Source: Chthoniobacteraceae bacterium (lineage in GTDB: Bacteria; Verrucomicrobiota; Verrucomicrobiia; Chthoniobacterales; Chthoniobacteraceae). From it: 56,281 nucleotides of DNA. Each line of letters starts with the position of its first letter. The stretch's first letter is position 1. A program made the position numbers and the translations under genes. The notes beneath the pieces were generated by a model. The model was not told where the DNA came from. It saw only the letters and a list, made by a program, of their open reading frames with translations, and did no database searches. The DNA lies in contig JBBCKI010000026.1 of the NCBI GenBank assembly GCA_037190965.1, positions 1 through 56,281 on the forward strand, given 5' to 3'. Shown in pieces: positions 30,400 through 39,401 of the stretch.

Positions 30400-32277
30400 A
30401 TGCAAGAAAATGCATCCGCCGTATTGCAAAATGTGTCGCTTGATCGCGCTATGGAAAAGGCGGAGCGCCTTGCGTTTACCCCGGCTTTGCTCTTTTTGCT
30501 CATTCTTGAAGCGGCCTATCTCGGCGTGGTTCAGTTTCAGGGGCGGAATCTTGCATGGTCCTTTGCTCTGGTCCTGTTGATCGGCAGCTTTTTCTTTGCT
30601 TGTATCCAAATGGAGCGCGAGCTTCGCAAAAAGAAGAAAGCCGCTCTCAAATATGAGCGAGAACTCGCAGAGGCCCACGAACGGATCGCGCAGAGGGAGG
30701 AGACCTTGCGTGAAACCTCGGATCACCTGGACAAGACCCGTGAGGAACGGAACTCGCTAAAGGAGGAACTTGTCAAAGCCAACGAGGTTTTTGACAATTA
30801 TAGCCTGCAATTGGAGATTACTGAAAGTGAGCTTAAGGCGTTGAAATCGGAGTCGGAAGCCATTCTCGCCAATGTGAAGCAAGGCGTCTTCTTGATTAAC
30901 GAAGCTGGAACCATTGGCGCCCAGTATTCCGAAGAGTTAAAAAACATCTTTCAGATTGCAGATGCGACGGCCCGCAATTTCATGCGCCTTTTACGCCCCC
31001 TCATTCCTGAGAAAAGGCACCAAACCATTGGCAGCTATATCCAGTTGCTCTTCAACCCGAAAAAGAACGCGAAACAACTGCAACGGTTCAATCCGCTGAA
31101 ATGCGTGGAACTAAACTTCCAGCGGCCTGAAGGCGGCTTCGCGCCTAAATTTGTAGAGTTCAACTTTCAGCGGGTATTTTCCAGTGAGCGCATCAGCCAA
31201 GTGCTCGTCACCGCCGTGGACGTCAGCGAGCGGATTGAATTGGAAAGCAAGCTTCGGGAAGGGGAGGAGCGCCGAGAGAAACAATTGGAGCTGCTCTGTG
31301 ATTTGCTCTACGCCGACAATTCCCAGCTTCGGGCCTTCTTGAAAGAAGCGGAAACGGTGATCGGAAGCGTCAACTCCGCTTTCCGGGCCTCCGGCGAAGC
31401 GGCGCAGGGAGAGACGCCTCAGGAGAAGGTCCACCGGGTGTTTCGGATGGTGCATAAACTCAAATCGCAGGCTGTCGCACTGGGACTCCACTTCTTGGAA
31501 CGGGAAATCCACCAGATGGAAAATCTGTTAAATGATCTGCGGCGTAATTCCCGCGCCTCCAATGAGGATTTGCTGAATGTCCTGGTGTCGATCTCCAGTT
31601 TCCAGGCGAGGTTGAAAGAGGCCGAGGAGTTGATTGAAAAGGTTTCCAGTCTGAGTCGCCCCTTCGAGCCCGATGCTCAAGGCGGGGGCAACCGGTTCGT
31701 TCGAAATAAGCCTGGTTCGGAATTGATGGCTGCCACTGAGGAACTCTGTAGAAATGTCGCGGCACGCACCAGGAAGAAGGCGCGGATCGAGTGGAATGTG
31801 CAGGGATTCGACGGTTTGGAAATCAAATATCAGACAGCCTTGCGAGACGCGGCATTCCAACTCGTTCGCAATGCCGTGGTCCACGGAATTGAGAGCCCCG
31901 AAAGACGGGAGTTGCTTGGAAAGGATCCATGCGGATTGATCACGCTGACCATCAAAAAGATGGAGGAATTCCAAGCGTTGCACATGACGTGCCGTGACGA
32001 CGGCGGCGGGCTGGATATAGAAGCGATCCGTAACCGGGCTGTGCGCGACGGAATGCTAAAGCAGGAGGAAGCGATGGCGCTCTCCGAAAGCGAAACCTAT
32101 ATGCTGATCTTCGAGCCTGGTTTTTCGACGGCATCCTCCGTAAGCGAAGACGCGGGCAGGGGAGTCGGACTTGACGCTTTCAAAGAAATCATTTCCGGCC
32201 AGCTGACGGGGAATATTCAGATAGAATCCGGCGCAGATCGGTATTGCCAATTCGAAATGCTTATTCCTCTTGCCTAG
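30400..32277 (+). CDS. Membrane-anchored CheA-like histidine kinase (2TM-coiled coil-PAS-like-Hpt-HATPase, no CheW domain)
   Basis: Hpt FRMVHKLKS; CheA-type ATPase QLVRNAVVHGIE, DDGGGLD, IFEPGFST, AGRGVG; protein ends right after the ATPase; alternative start 30367. Confidence 0.85.
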   Translation: MQENASAVLQNVSLDRAMEKAERLAFTPALLFLLILEAAYLGVVQFQGRNLAWSFALVLLIGSFFFACIQMERELRKKKKAALKYERELAEAHERIAQREETLRETSDHLDKTREERNSLKEELVKANEVFDNYSLQLEITESELKALKSESEAILANVKQGVFLINEAGTIGAQYSEELKNIFQIADATARNFMRLLRPLIPEKRHQTIGSYIQLLFNPKKNAKQLQRFNPLKCVELNFQRPEGGFAPKFVEFNFQRVFSSERISQVLVTAVDVSERIELESKLREGEERREKQLELLCDLLYADNSQLRAFLKEAETVIGSVNSAFRASGEAAQGETPQEKVHRVFRMVHKLKSQAVALGLHFLEREIHQMENLLNDLRRNSRASNEDLLNVLVSISSFQARLKEAEELIEKVSSLSRPFEPDAQGGGNRFVRNKPGSELMAATEELCRNVAARTRKKARIEWNVQGFDGLEIKYQTALRDAAFQLVRNAVVHGIESPERRELLGKDPCGLITLTIKKMEEFQALHMTCRDDGGGLDIEAIRNRAVRDGMLKQEEAMALSESETYMLIFEPGFSTASSVSEDAGRGVGLDAFKEIISGQLTGNIQIESGADRYCQFEMLIPLA

Positions 32278-32292
32278 TACCTTGTAACGAAT

Positions 32293-32643
32293 ATGAAAAT
32301 GCTTATCGTCGATGACTCAATGATCATTCGTCGCGCGATTGAGCGGACGTTTAGTGCTACCGTTGACGAGATAAAAACGGCGTCCGATGGCCTCCAGGCG
32401 CTGGAGGAATTCCGGAGTTTTCTACCAGACGTTGTCTCGTTGGACATCACCATGCCGCACCTTGACGGGATTGAAACACTGGAAGAAATGCTCAAAATCA
32501 AGCCGGACACCAAGATCATGATTGTTTCGGCGCTGGCCGACGATGCGACCGCCATCGACGCGCTGACCAAAGGCGCCGATCAATTTATTTGCAAACCGTT
32601 TACCAACGAAGAGCTGATAGCCGCCGTGAACGAAATGTTATGA
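32293..32643 (+). CDS. Single-domain response regulator (CheY-like)
   Basis: MLIVDDS, LDITMPHLDG, ICKPF; 116 aa. Confidence 0.92.
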   Translation: MKMLIVDDSMIIRRAIERTFSATVDEIKTASDGLQALEEFRSFLPDVVSLDITMPHLDGIETLEEMLKIKPDTKIMIVSALADDATAIDALTKGADQFICKPFTNEELIAAVNEML

Positions 32644-33137
32644 TCGACTCCCGTGATTCCGCCGCCCTGCACGAAACGACGCTTTCCGTCTTCGTGCAAG
32701 CCATCATCTCTTACTTTGACCGGATCGCGGGCGTGCCCGCGGAAATCGGAACCCCTTACTTGCTCGAAGGCGATGCCGAATTGTTGGACGTGACGGCAGT
32801 GATCGGCGTGACGGGCGATGTCCAAGGATGCGTTTTCTTTACCGCGCCCGTTCCCTTACTGGATGCATTGCTTCTTCTCATTGCCGAATATGATCCCACC
32901 GAGGAACTGCGCGGCGATATCTGTGGCGAGATTGCCAACACCTTCACGGGCAACGCTCGCAAGCAACTCGGGCCGGGGTTTTTGATCTCCGTGCCCGTTG
33001 TGTTCAACGGCCAGCCGGACCGGTTGCTCTGGCCCAAAAATACGACGCGCTATGTGATTCCGATCATGTGGCAGGGCAAACGTTCGAGGCTGATCGTTTG
33101 CATTGGAAATCCCTCCTCGACCCCGGGTGCCTTTTAG
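32640..33137 (+). CDS. cheX: CheX-family phosphatase
   Basis: TAVIGVTGDVQG, DICGEIANTFTGN (E-x-x-N), FLISVPVV; ATG overlaps the CheY TGA (ATGA). Confidence 0.85.
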   Translation: MIDSRDSAALHETTLSVFVQAIISYFDRIAGVPAEIGTPYLLEGDAELLDVTAVIGVTGDVQGCVFFTAPVPLLDALLLLIAEYDPTEELRGDICGEIANTFTGNARKQLGPGFLISVPVVFNGQPDRLLWPKNTTRYVIPIMWQGKRSRLIVCIGNPSSTPGAF

Positions 33138-33182
33138 AGCGTCCATGGCGTTCCCGCCGGCGTCTGTGTTATCAAATCTAAG

Positions 33183-33214
33183 AAACCGCCCTCCAGGCTT
33201 TTGGAGGGCGGTTT
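33183..33214. terminator. Bidirectional rho-independent terminator
   Basis: aaaccgccctcca-ggcttt-tggagggcggttt hairpin between convergent cheX and PEP-CTERM genes. Confidence 0.8.
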
Positions 33215-33232
33215 AAGTTTAAACGAAAAATC

Positions 33233-34165
33233 CTACCGGCCACCTGCGAGCCGTTTGCGGCCCATGCCCGCGACGAGACCAGCCATTCCAGCGCCGATCA
33301 GGGCCCAAGTGGAAGGCTCCGGGACCACCATGGCAAGGGTGTAGCCGCCGAGGCCGTCAATGCCCGTCGCTGCAAGCGCCTCGGCGTTCGTGAGATAATA
33401 CCGAAGCGACATCTCCGCGGAGGAAATGCTGACAAACTCCGTTCCATTCCACGCCTTGAATTTGCCTGAATCGGCGAGGGAGTCGATCACCTCCGCCCAG
33501 TCTCCTTTCCAGGCGAGAAAACCGCCGGCGAAATGGATATAGTTATTCGTGGCGATCGAGATTGCGCCCCCGTAAGTAGCGTCTAATTTGAGAAGCCCTC
33601 CACTTTCGAGGGTCAGGATGCCTCCTTCGCCTCCGAAATCGTTGCCAATATTGAGCCCATCCGAAACAGAGATGCTTGAGCCAAGGCCTCTGATGGTGAG
33701 CGAATTGTTGTTTCCGACGTTGTCGCCGACCGACAGAAAACTCGCGCCAATGATCTTGCTTGCGTTCTCAACTATGATGCTGTTGTTGGAACCCGAGGAG
33801 CCGGCTCTCAGGTAATCGCCGTTCAAATTCCAAGTCGAGCTTCCGGTAAGGACGATGGAGTTATAATCCGCCCCGACGTCGACACCGGTCCAAAGAGTGC
33901 CCTCGCCATCGATATTGGCGCCGGATTGAACAATCAATGAGTTATAGGAAGTGCTCCAGCCAGCTATGACGGCGCCGACACTTCTGGTGTATCCGGGGGT
34001 GTATCCCATGATGTATTGCGCCGGATCCGCAGAGGTTCCGCCGAGATCCATAGTGGATGGGACTCCATCATCAGTCGCTTGCAGGGAGGCGTGAAGCGTG
34101 GGAACCGAAGCGGCAACGATCAGCCCCGCGACCGGGCTGAGAAGAAAGGCACCAAAGGATTTCAT
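33233..34165 (-). CDS. PEP-CTERM surface protein with beta-strand repeats (paralog of 9571-10573)
   Basis: Signal peptide, DDGVP..MD.GGT.ADPA, SYNSLIV..G repeats, GGFLAWKG, LGGYT, VPEPSTWAL-TM-RKR. Confidence 0.9.
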   Translation of the reverse strand: MKSFGAFLLSPVAGLIVAASVPTLHASLQATDDGVPSTMDLGGTSADPAQYIMGYTPGYTRSVGAVIAGWSTSYNSLIVQSGANIDGEGTLWTGVDVGADYNSIVLTGSSTWNLNGDYLRAGSSGSNNSIIVENASKIIGASFLSVGDNVGNNNSLTIRGLGSSISVSDGLNIGNDFGGEGGILTLESGGLLKLDATYGGAISIATNNYIHFAGGFLAWKGDWAEVIDSLADSGKFKAWNGTEFVSISSAEMSLRYYLTNAEALAATGIDGLGGYTLAMVVPEPSTWALIGAGMAGLVAGMGRKRLAGGR

Positions 34166-34245
34166 TGGACGAGCTTTTTGCGGGTTAATAAAGAGCAGTC
34201 AAGGTCATGGCCAGGTGTTGCCAAGCAGCGCTATCACGCCCCATG

Positions 34246-34260
34246 GCAAAGCTTCGCCCA
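34246..34260 (-). promoter_or_regulatory. Possible sigma-54 promoter of PEP-CTERM gene 33233-34165
   Basis: Minus-strand TGGGCGAAGCTTTGC (GG-N10-GC, TTTGC), about 80 bp upstream of the ATG. Confidence 0.3.
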
Positions 34261-34747
34261 GCGCGCTTGCGCGCGAGCCAACCGGGTGGAGGGCGAAGTT
34301 CCACGAACGGTACTTTGGGGTTTGCTACCACTGCAAGGAGATTCCTCAGTTTTTACTGGGTGTTAACAAGCTTGGGAAAATCGCTTTCCCGTGTTTTGGA
34401 AGACGGTTGCAGATTGAAAGCGAAATCTTATCGAGTACGAACCGTTTTCCATTCGTCCATTGAGGAGAAGAAGATCGAGCGTTTATGCCCAAGAGGTTAC
34501 GCAAGATCGCTGCGATCATTTCGGAGTTCAGGTTAAAAGCGTAGAATCTTTTCGCCACCCCGAAAGGCAACTACCCGATGCCGGAAGCACGGAGGGCATG
34601 GGTTCTGCGGCGTCCAAAACTATCGCAGGCTACGCCTTGTTGTGGTAGAGCGCGGGTTGGACGCGGTGGCCAGGTCCGAGCCGCTGGGTAGCTGATTAAT
34701 CCACCGCAGTCGAGACTCCTTTCGTCGGCTCTTTACGTCATCCTTTT

Positions 34748-35794
34748 TTACCTAGGCTGCCTGCCCGAGATCCCGCCGCGTGCATTCGCGTTTCGTGCGG
34801 CCTTGATCCATTCGCGAAAAATAGGCGTGATGGTGAACCTTAGTCCCCATTCGGGTGCGCCACTTGGTCCGTCAGCGTAATAACGTCCACCGATCTGGAA
34901 TTGCACCGGCAGAGTTCCCACCTTCACCATCTGGGCAATCTCGACATTGATCGGCACGAGCCACTGGTTCGCGCTCCAGTCGTAGAACGATTCCGTGTTG
35001 ATACCGAAGGTCGTTTGCTTTTTGGTGGTGTAACTCACGAACGGCTGAAGGAAGGTGGTGTTTAGGTCCTCACGGCCTTCCCTCCCATGGAGGCTCCAGA
35101 GATGATTGACGAGGATTCCAATACTCCACGGCCCTTTCTGTTTCACGAGGGCCAGGGTCGGCCCGGCGCCCCATTGCTGACGCCCGATCCGGCGGTCCGC
35201 GGCGCTGGCGTATCGAAACACCGGCCCCAGCCCCCAGACGATTCCTCCGGGTCCCGGCTTTTTAGGGGAGAAGAAAAAGCTCTGGGTAATATCGCTGATC
35301 CCGGCCTGATGATTGTCCATCGGAAACCGTCTCTTTATTTCCCGATTGAACTGGCGCTCGGCGGCCCGCACCAATTTTTCCCTCACTTCCTTTGGAAAAG
35401 GGGCAAGTAAGTCTTCCGGCACGCCGGGGAAGGTTGGGAGCGGACCCTTAAAGACGTCTTGCTGCGAAATATACGGGACGAAAGTGCGAATGATCAGCCT
35501 CCAGTCCGCGCCCAGGCTGACTGGCAGGGTGGGTTGGAAGATGAGTCGATATTGCCTTCCTTTGTCCAGCGGCCCCATCTTGAAATCCCAGTTGTGCAGC
35601 AACGGCACGGTAATGAGAGGAGACAACGGATTCTGCTGCTCTTTTGCGAGATTTTGCTCATCGTCCTCTGCGGAACTTTTTGACGGCCAAATCGCGACGG
35701 CTGCCGCGAAAAAAAGTATCGGAATTGTAGGCCGGAGAGGAGATCGCAGCTCTCGTCTGCGATGAGCTGTCAGAGAGAAGACGATAAACTTCAT
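34748..35794 (-). CDS. Putative outer-membrane beta-barrel protein ('neuromedin U'/MetA-pathway-like family)
   Basis: LAKEQQNPLSPLITVP, GISDITQSFFFSP, WGLGP, WGAGPT, NHLWS, LQPFVSY, WGLRFTIT; start uncertain. Confidence 0.8.
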   Translation of the reverse strand: MKFIVFSLTAHRRRELRSPLRPTIPILFFAAAVAIWPSKSSAEDDEQNLAKEQQNPLSPLITVPLLHNWDFKMGPLDKGRQYRLIFQPTLPVSLGADWRLIIRTFVPYISQQDVFKGPLPTFPGVPEDLLAPFPKEVREKLVRAAERQFNREIKRRFPMDNHQAGISDITQSFFFSPKKPGPGGIVWGLGPVFRYASAADRRIGRQQWGAGPTLALVKQKGPWSIGILVNHLWSLHGREGREDLNTTFLQPFVSYTTKKQTTFGINTESFYDWSANQWLVPINVEIAQMVKVGTLPVQFQIGGRYYADGPSGAPEWGLRFTITPIFREWIKAARNANARGGISGRQPR

Positions 35795-35965
35795 TTGGCA
35801 TCTGCATATCGTGAGCCAATATCGATTCGGTCGGCAGGGATTTGCCTTATGCTTCTACGGCCTTGCGAGACCATTTCCACCCAATGAAGGGCCCGCCCAA
35901 CCCCACTGAGGTCGAGCGTGACTCACGTTAGGGAGGGCTACCTATGCCCTATTTGCCGGCTGAAT

Positions 35966-36505
35966 TTATTGGGGTGGCCAAGCCTTATCGACGCCGTAGC
36001 GTTCGCGGTCGACCGAATCTGACAAAATCCCGTTCCTCAATAGCGTCACGAATCCAAGTTTAGCTCCATCAGGGAACTCAAATTGAAGCTCAATCGCGCC
36101 TGACTGATACTCATAAAATAGGATGGTCTCACCATCCGAACGATCGATCCAATATGGCTCTCCAAAAATTCGGCGAATGTCATCCTCGGTTGAGACCCTA
36201 CCGATCTTTAAGAGTTGGCCGTTTCGCGTGAAAGTGCCTTGGAACAAATTAAGGCTAAAGAGGCCGTAATCCAGTAAACCGTCCTTGGCGCCGATCTCGA
36301 CACCCTTTCCCTTTGGCTCAAAGACCGCTGACTTGGTCAGGATAGCGTGAAACGGATCAGCGACCGACGGCGGTGTTCCAATCGACGTCGATCCAATCTG
36401 AAACGAACCAAGATCAACATTCAAGGGAGTTTGCATCTCAGTGCTGTTTTTATCTTTGCGCGAGAATAAAAAGGCTGGAAATCCCATGGCAAGTATGGAT
36501 CGCAA
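35966..36505 (-). CDS. Hypothetical protein
   Basis: 179-aa ORF with protein-like composition (IRRIFGEPYWID...LFYEY...ELQFEF); start uncertain. Confidence 0.6.
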   Translation of the reverse strand: MRSILAMGFPAFLFSRKDKNSTEMQTPLNVDLGSFQIGSTSIGTPPSVADPFHAILTKSAVFEPKGKGVEIGAKDGLLDYGLFSLNLFQGTFTRNGQLLKIGRVSTEDDIRRIFGEPYWIDRSDGETILFYEYQSGAIELQFEFPDGAKLGFVTLLRNGILSDSVDRERYGVDKAWPPQ

Positions 36506-36738
36506 TAATATTCTGACAGACCTCGATGATCGGGCACCGGTGGAACGCCGGTTGCCTGTATCGTCTTGTGGTCACGCTCCTGCGATGATAGCGCGAGGAC
36601 AGACAGGCCGGGGGAGAAGAAATGCTCCCTCAAGCGCCATATCGACACGCTTTGGGTGGCCTTTTGCGGCATGCTTGCCGACGCGCCGCAATCTGAAGAG
36701 ATCGGTTGGTTCGCGTTCTGCCCGGCAAAGCAGTAACA

Positions 36739-38496
36739 TCAGTTCACCCGGATTGGGATCAATTCGACGTCATCGAACCAAATAACGTCATCAGGCGAAC
36801 GCTGATCTTTTACAGCAAGTTCGAGGATGACTTTTGTACCATCCCAAGGTGCATGAAGCACTGTTTGGACGAGTTGCCATCCGTCTCTCGGCGATTGGAG
36901 AGGCGTGAAAATTTTCGTCGTGTCATTACCGTCTTGAGTCACCCATCGGACTCGAATTTCGGGTTGGCCCACTCCCATTTGGCGGACACGTATGCGAAGT
37001 TTATAAAAGCGATATGGGATTATCTCCACCTCTTGGGAGAATGCGGCGTTCGCGGCGCCTTCCATACGGGCGGAGCCATTTCCTCGATAACCAAAACGCG
37101 CATCGTGACGTAAAACGCCGTCTGATCCCTTCGCTTGATTTGTCGTCCAAGAGGTGAGAGTTATGGAGTTCCCTTTCGCTGCCGACCCAAAAGTTCCATT
37201 TTGAATTAGATTGTCGATTGCGCCACCCCGGAGGGCGAGCTTTCTCTCTCTAATCGCAAATTCCCTATCGGCCCTGGCCAGCATTCGTTCTTCCGGATCC
37301 ATTCCTTTTCGCAGTGCGTTCGAAGCCCCGGGAAGGATATCGTCCCAGCTTTGGGGCTGAACCCGCTTTGCGTCCGTCGGCCACCATCGATATTGTTCAC
37401 CCCACACCCAGACGTACTGATCAACGACCTCTTGGGCAGATATGAGGGCCGACTGCAGACGATCAACTAAACGCCCCTCGATTGGAGGGTCCATGAATAC
37501 GTCGGAATGAATGTTCTCGATGGGTGCGCCTACGTAGGCATCCATATAGATCGCGAGGCCAACCTGCACTTGGGCCCGGTACTTGGCGCGGTTTTCCGGA
37601 GCGACGAAAGCAATTGTGGTATTTCGGATGGCATTACCGTGCTTGAGATACTGAATTTCGCTGCTATGCGGATAGGCATACTCTGCCCCATCTACAATGG
37701 TCATGGTGGGCGGCAGGGTATCCAGCCAGCCGTTTACAAAAGCCGGATAAAGGTTGTAATGGTGGCTGCCCTCGATCCCATCACGTGGGTCAGAGCCCAG
37801 GCTTCCAAAAGCCAAGCCGCTGTTCATAAAAAGCGTGAAAATCGTCATATCGGGGTACTCCCTCCTTAGCGCCTCCATCACCTGGCGTCCCCTTTCCCGG
37901 GCTTTGGCAGAATACTCGGCAAAGCTGTATTTTTCGCGCTGGCTCTGCTTGAGATAGGAGAAGGCGGGAGCCGCACGACCGGTCTCCGGGTCGAAAATCA
38001 GGCCCTTGAGACTTCCTTCCTTTGCAATTCGGGCAGCGAGCCTGAAATGCTCCACTACCTGCTTCCAGCCATCATCGTCAAACCAGTCAATTGCCGGGCC
38101 AGGACCGACCGACAGAAAGTTATCGGTGAGTTTCTCTGACTTTGCCTTCTGAAGCAATTCGATGTCTTGCTGAAACCATTCCTCTTTCCATGGAACGGCG
38201 GTAAACAGATTGCGGAGCGTAATCTTTTTACCCTCGTGATCCTTCGTTTTCAACTGGACACGAACCCCGGAGAAGGGTGTTTCCTCAATTCGCTTGAGGT
38301 TTGCCAGTAGAATGTCAGGGCTTGGTGAATCCCAACCGACTGCAATTAGCTTTTTGGGAGCAGGCCCTCCACCAATGTCGTTTGTGAGCGGACTAGCGTC
38401 TGTTATGGCGGAAAAGATAGCCCATCCAACGAGAGCAAAAACAGGAGTAGTAAATTTATTCATAACCAAAAAAAACCGATGGGCGGAATAGAGCAA
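36739..38496 (-). CDS. Secreted putative glycoside hydrolase (TIM-barrel-like) with C-terminal CBM4/9-like domain, paralog 1
   Basis: Signal peptide; KKLIAVGWDSP, DWFDD..W, GLIFDPE, YVWVWGE..RWW; NLIQNGTF...IWFDDVEL beta-sandwich. Confidence 0.75.
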   Translation of the reverse strand: MLYSAHRFFLVMNKFTTPVFALVGWAIFSAITDASPLTNDIGGGPAPKKLIAVGWDSPSPDILLANLKRIEETPFSGVRVQLKTKDHEGKKITLRNLFTAVPWKEEWFQQDIELLQKAKSEKLTDNFLSVGPGPAIDWFDDDGWKQVVEHFRLAARIAKEGSLKGLIFDPETGRAAPAFSYLKQSQREKYSFAEYSAKARERGRQVMEALRREYPDMTIFTLFMNSGLAFGSLGSDPRDGIEGSHHYNLYPAFVNGWLDTLPPTMTIVDGAEYAYPHSSEIQYLKHGNAIRNTTIAFVAPENRAKYRAQVQVGLAIYMDAYVGAPIENIHSDVFMDPPIEGRLVDRLQSALISAQEVVDQYVWVWGEQYRWWPTDAKRVQPQSWDDILPGASNALRKGMDPEERMLARADREFAIRERKLALRGGAIDNLIQNGTFGSAAKGNSITLTSWTTNQAKGSDGVLRHDARFGYRGNGSARMEGAANAAFSQEVEIIPYRFYKLRIRVRQMGVGQPEIRVRWVTQDGNDTTKIFTPLQSPRDGWQLVQTVLHAPWDGTKVILELAVKDQRSPDDVIWFDDVELIPIRVN

Positions 38497-38636
38497 TCCG
38501 CTACCAGCAACTCAGCCGTGCATTCCTCCAGTGAGGCGGAATTCTTTCTCAAAAAAGAGGAGCTGCGATGCCTCGAATGATTGCTTGATGTTACAATCCA
38601 AGCTGAAAATTTATGGGAAAGGGAGCTGGGAGGCGG

Positions 38637-39383
38637 TCAATAGAGTTCAGGGTATTTCTTCATATTACTAAACTGACCCTTTTCGTAAAAATACCCCCCA
38701 TTGGTGGGGTTTCCATATGTCGGAGCCTCTCGCCAGTCGTTCTTTGGCGGGGTGATCAGTTGGACGTGACCGTCTAAAAAGAAGATATTGAGGCCACGGG
38801 CATGCGCTGTGCCGTGGTACTGGGGTTTCCGTGCCTGCCCCTCTCCGAACCCATCCACACCGCCTTGGGCATCCGCTTCGCTGATCCCCCACATCGTCAT
38901 ATTCAAATGGACGCTGTGGTAAAATGTGTCTGGCGCGTATGTTTCTGCGGCAAGTGCGACGCGGGAAGCTGGCGCGGGGATGCCTGTTAATTGGCGATAA
39001 TATATACAGAGAGCGCCATTGCCGGAGTAGTTGAAATTGTCGTCGTTTATCCCTTTTAGTGGACACCGCAGCCTTGCATCTTGTACTTTGTGCAAATAGG
39101 GTCGCACCCAGGCTTCAAAATTGGGCTTGGTGGCACCCGGTGTGAGATTCCTTGTAGCGTTCCCATCCCACCATGGAAATCCCGAATTGTCAGCGGCATA
39201 GGCAAGCACGCCTGATCCGTAGTTCCTCAAATTGGTGAGGCACTGAATGGCTTTGGCATTTCGCTGTATATTCTGGTAGACCGGAAAGACAAGGGCCGAA
39301 ATAACTAAAATAATAACAATCAGCACCAACAGCTCAGCCAAGCTAAAGGCCGATCGGCGCCAGTGAAGGGGATGATTTTTCAT
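38637..39383 (-). CDS. Prepilin-type N-terminal cleavage/methylation protein, H-X9-DG family
   Basis: AFSLAELLVLIVII, CLTNLRNYG, HARGLNIFFLDGHV. Confidence 0.9.
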   Translation of the reverse strand: MKNHPLHWRRSAFSLAELLVLIVIILVISALVFPVYQNIQRNAKAIQCLTNLRNYGSGVLAYAADNSGFPWWDGNATRNLTPGATKPNFEAWVRPYLHKVQDARLRCPLKGINDDNFNYSGNGALCIYYRQLTGIPAPASRVALAAETYAPDTFYHSVHLNMTMWGISEADAQGGVDGFGEGQARKPQYHGTAHARGLNIFFLDGHVQLITPPKNDWREAPTYGNPTNGGYFYEKGQFSNMKKYPELY

Positions 39384-39401
39384 TTTATAGCCTCCTTCCG
39401 G

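Noticed and set aside
34270..34745. Intergenic stretch considered as a riboswitch (c-di-GMP-like cgaaaggcaa) or small gene
   Set aside because: The required paired stems and conserved motifs could not be assembled by eye; an Rfam scan would be decisive.
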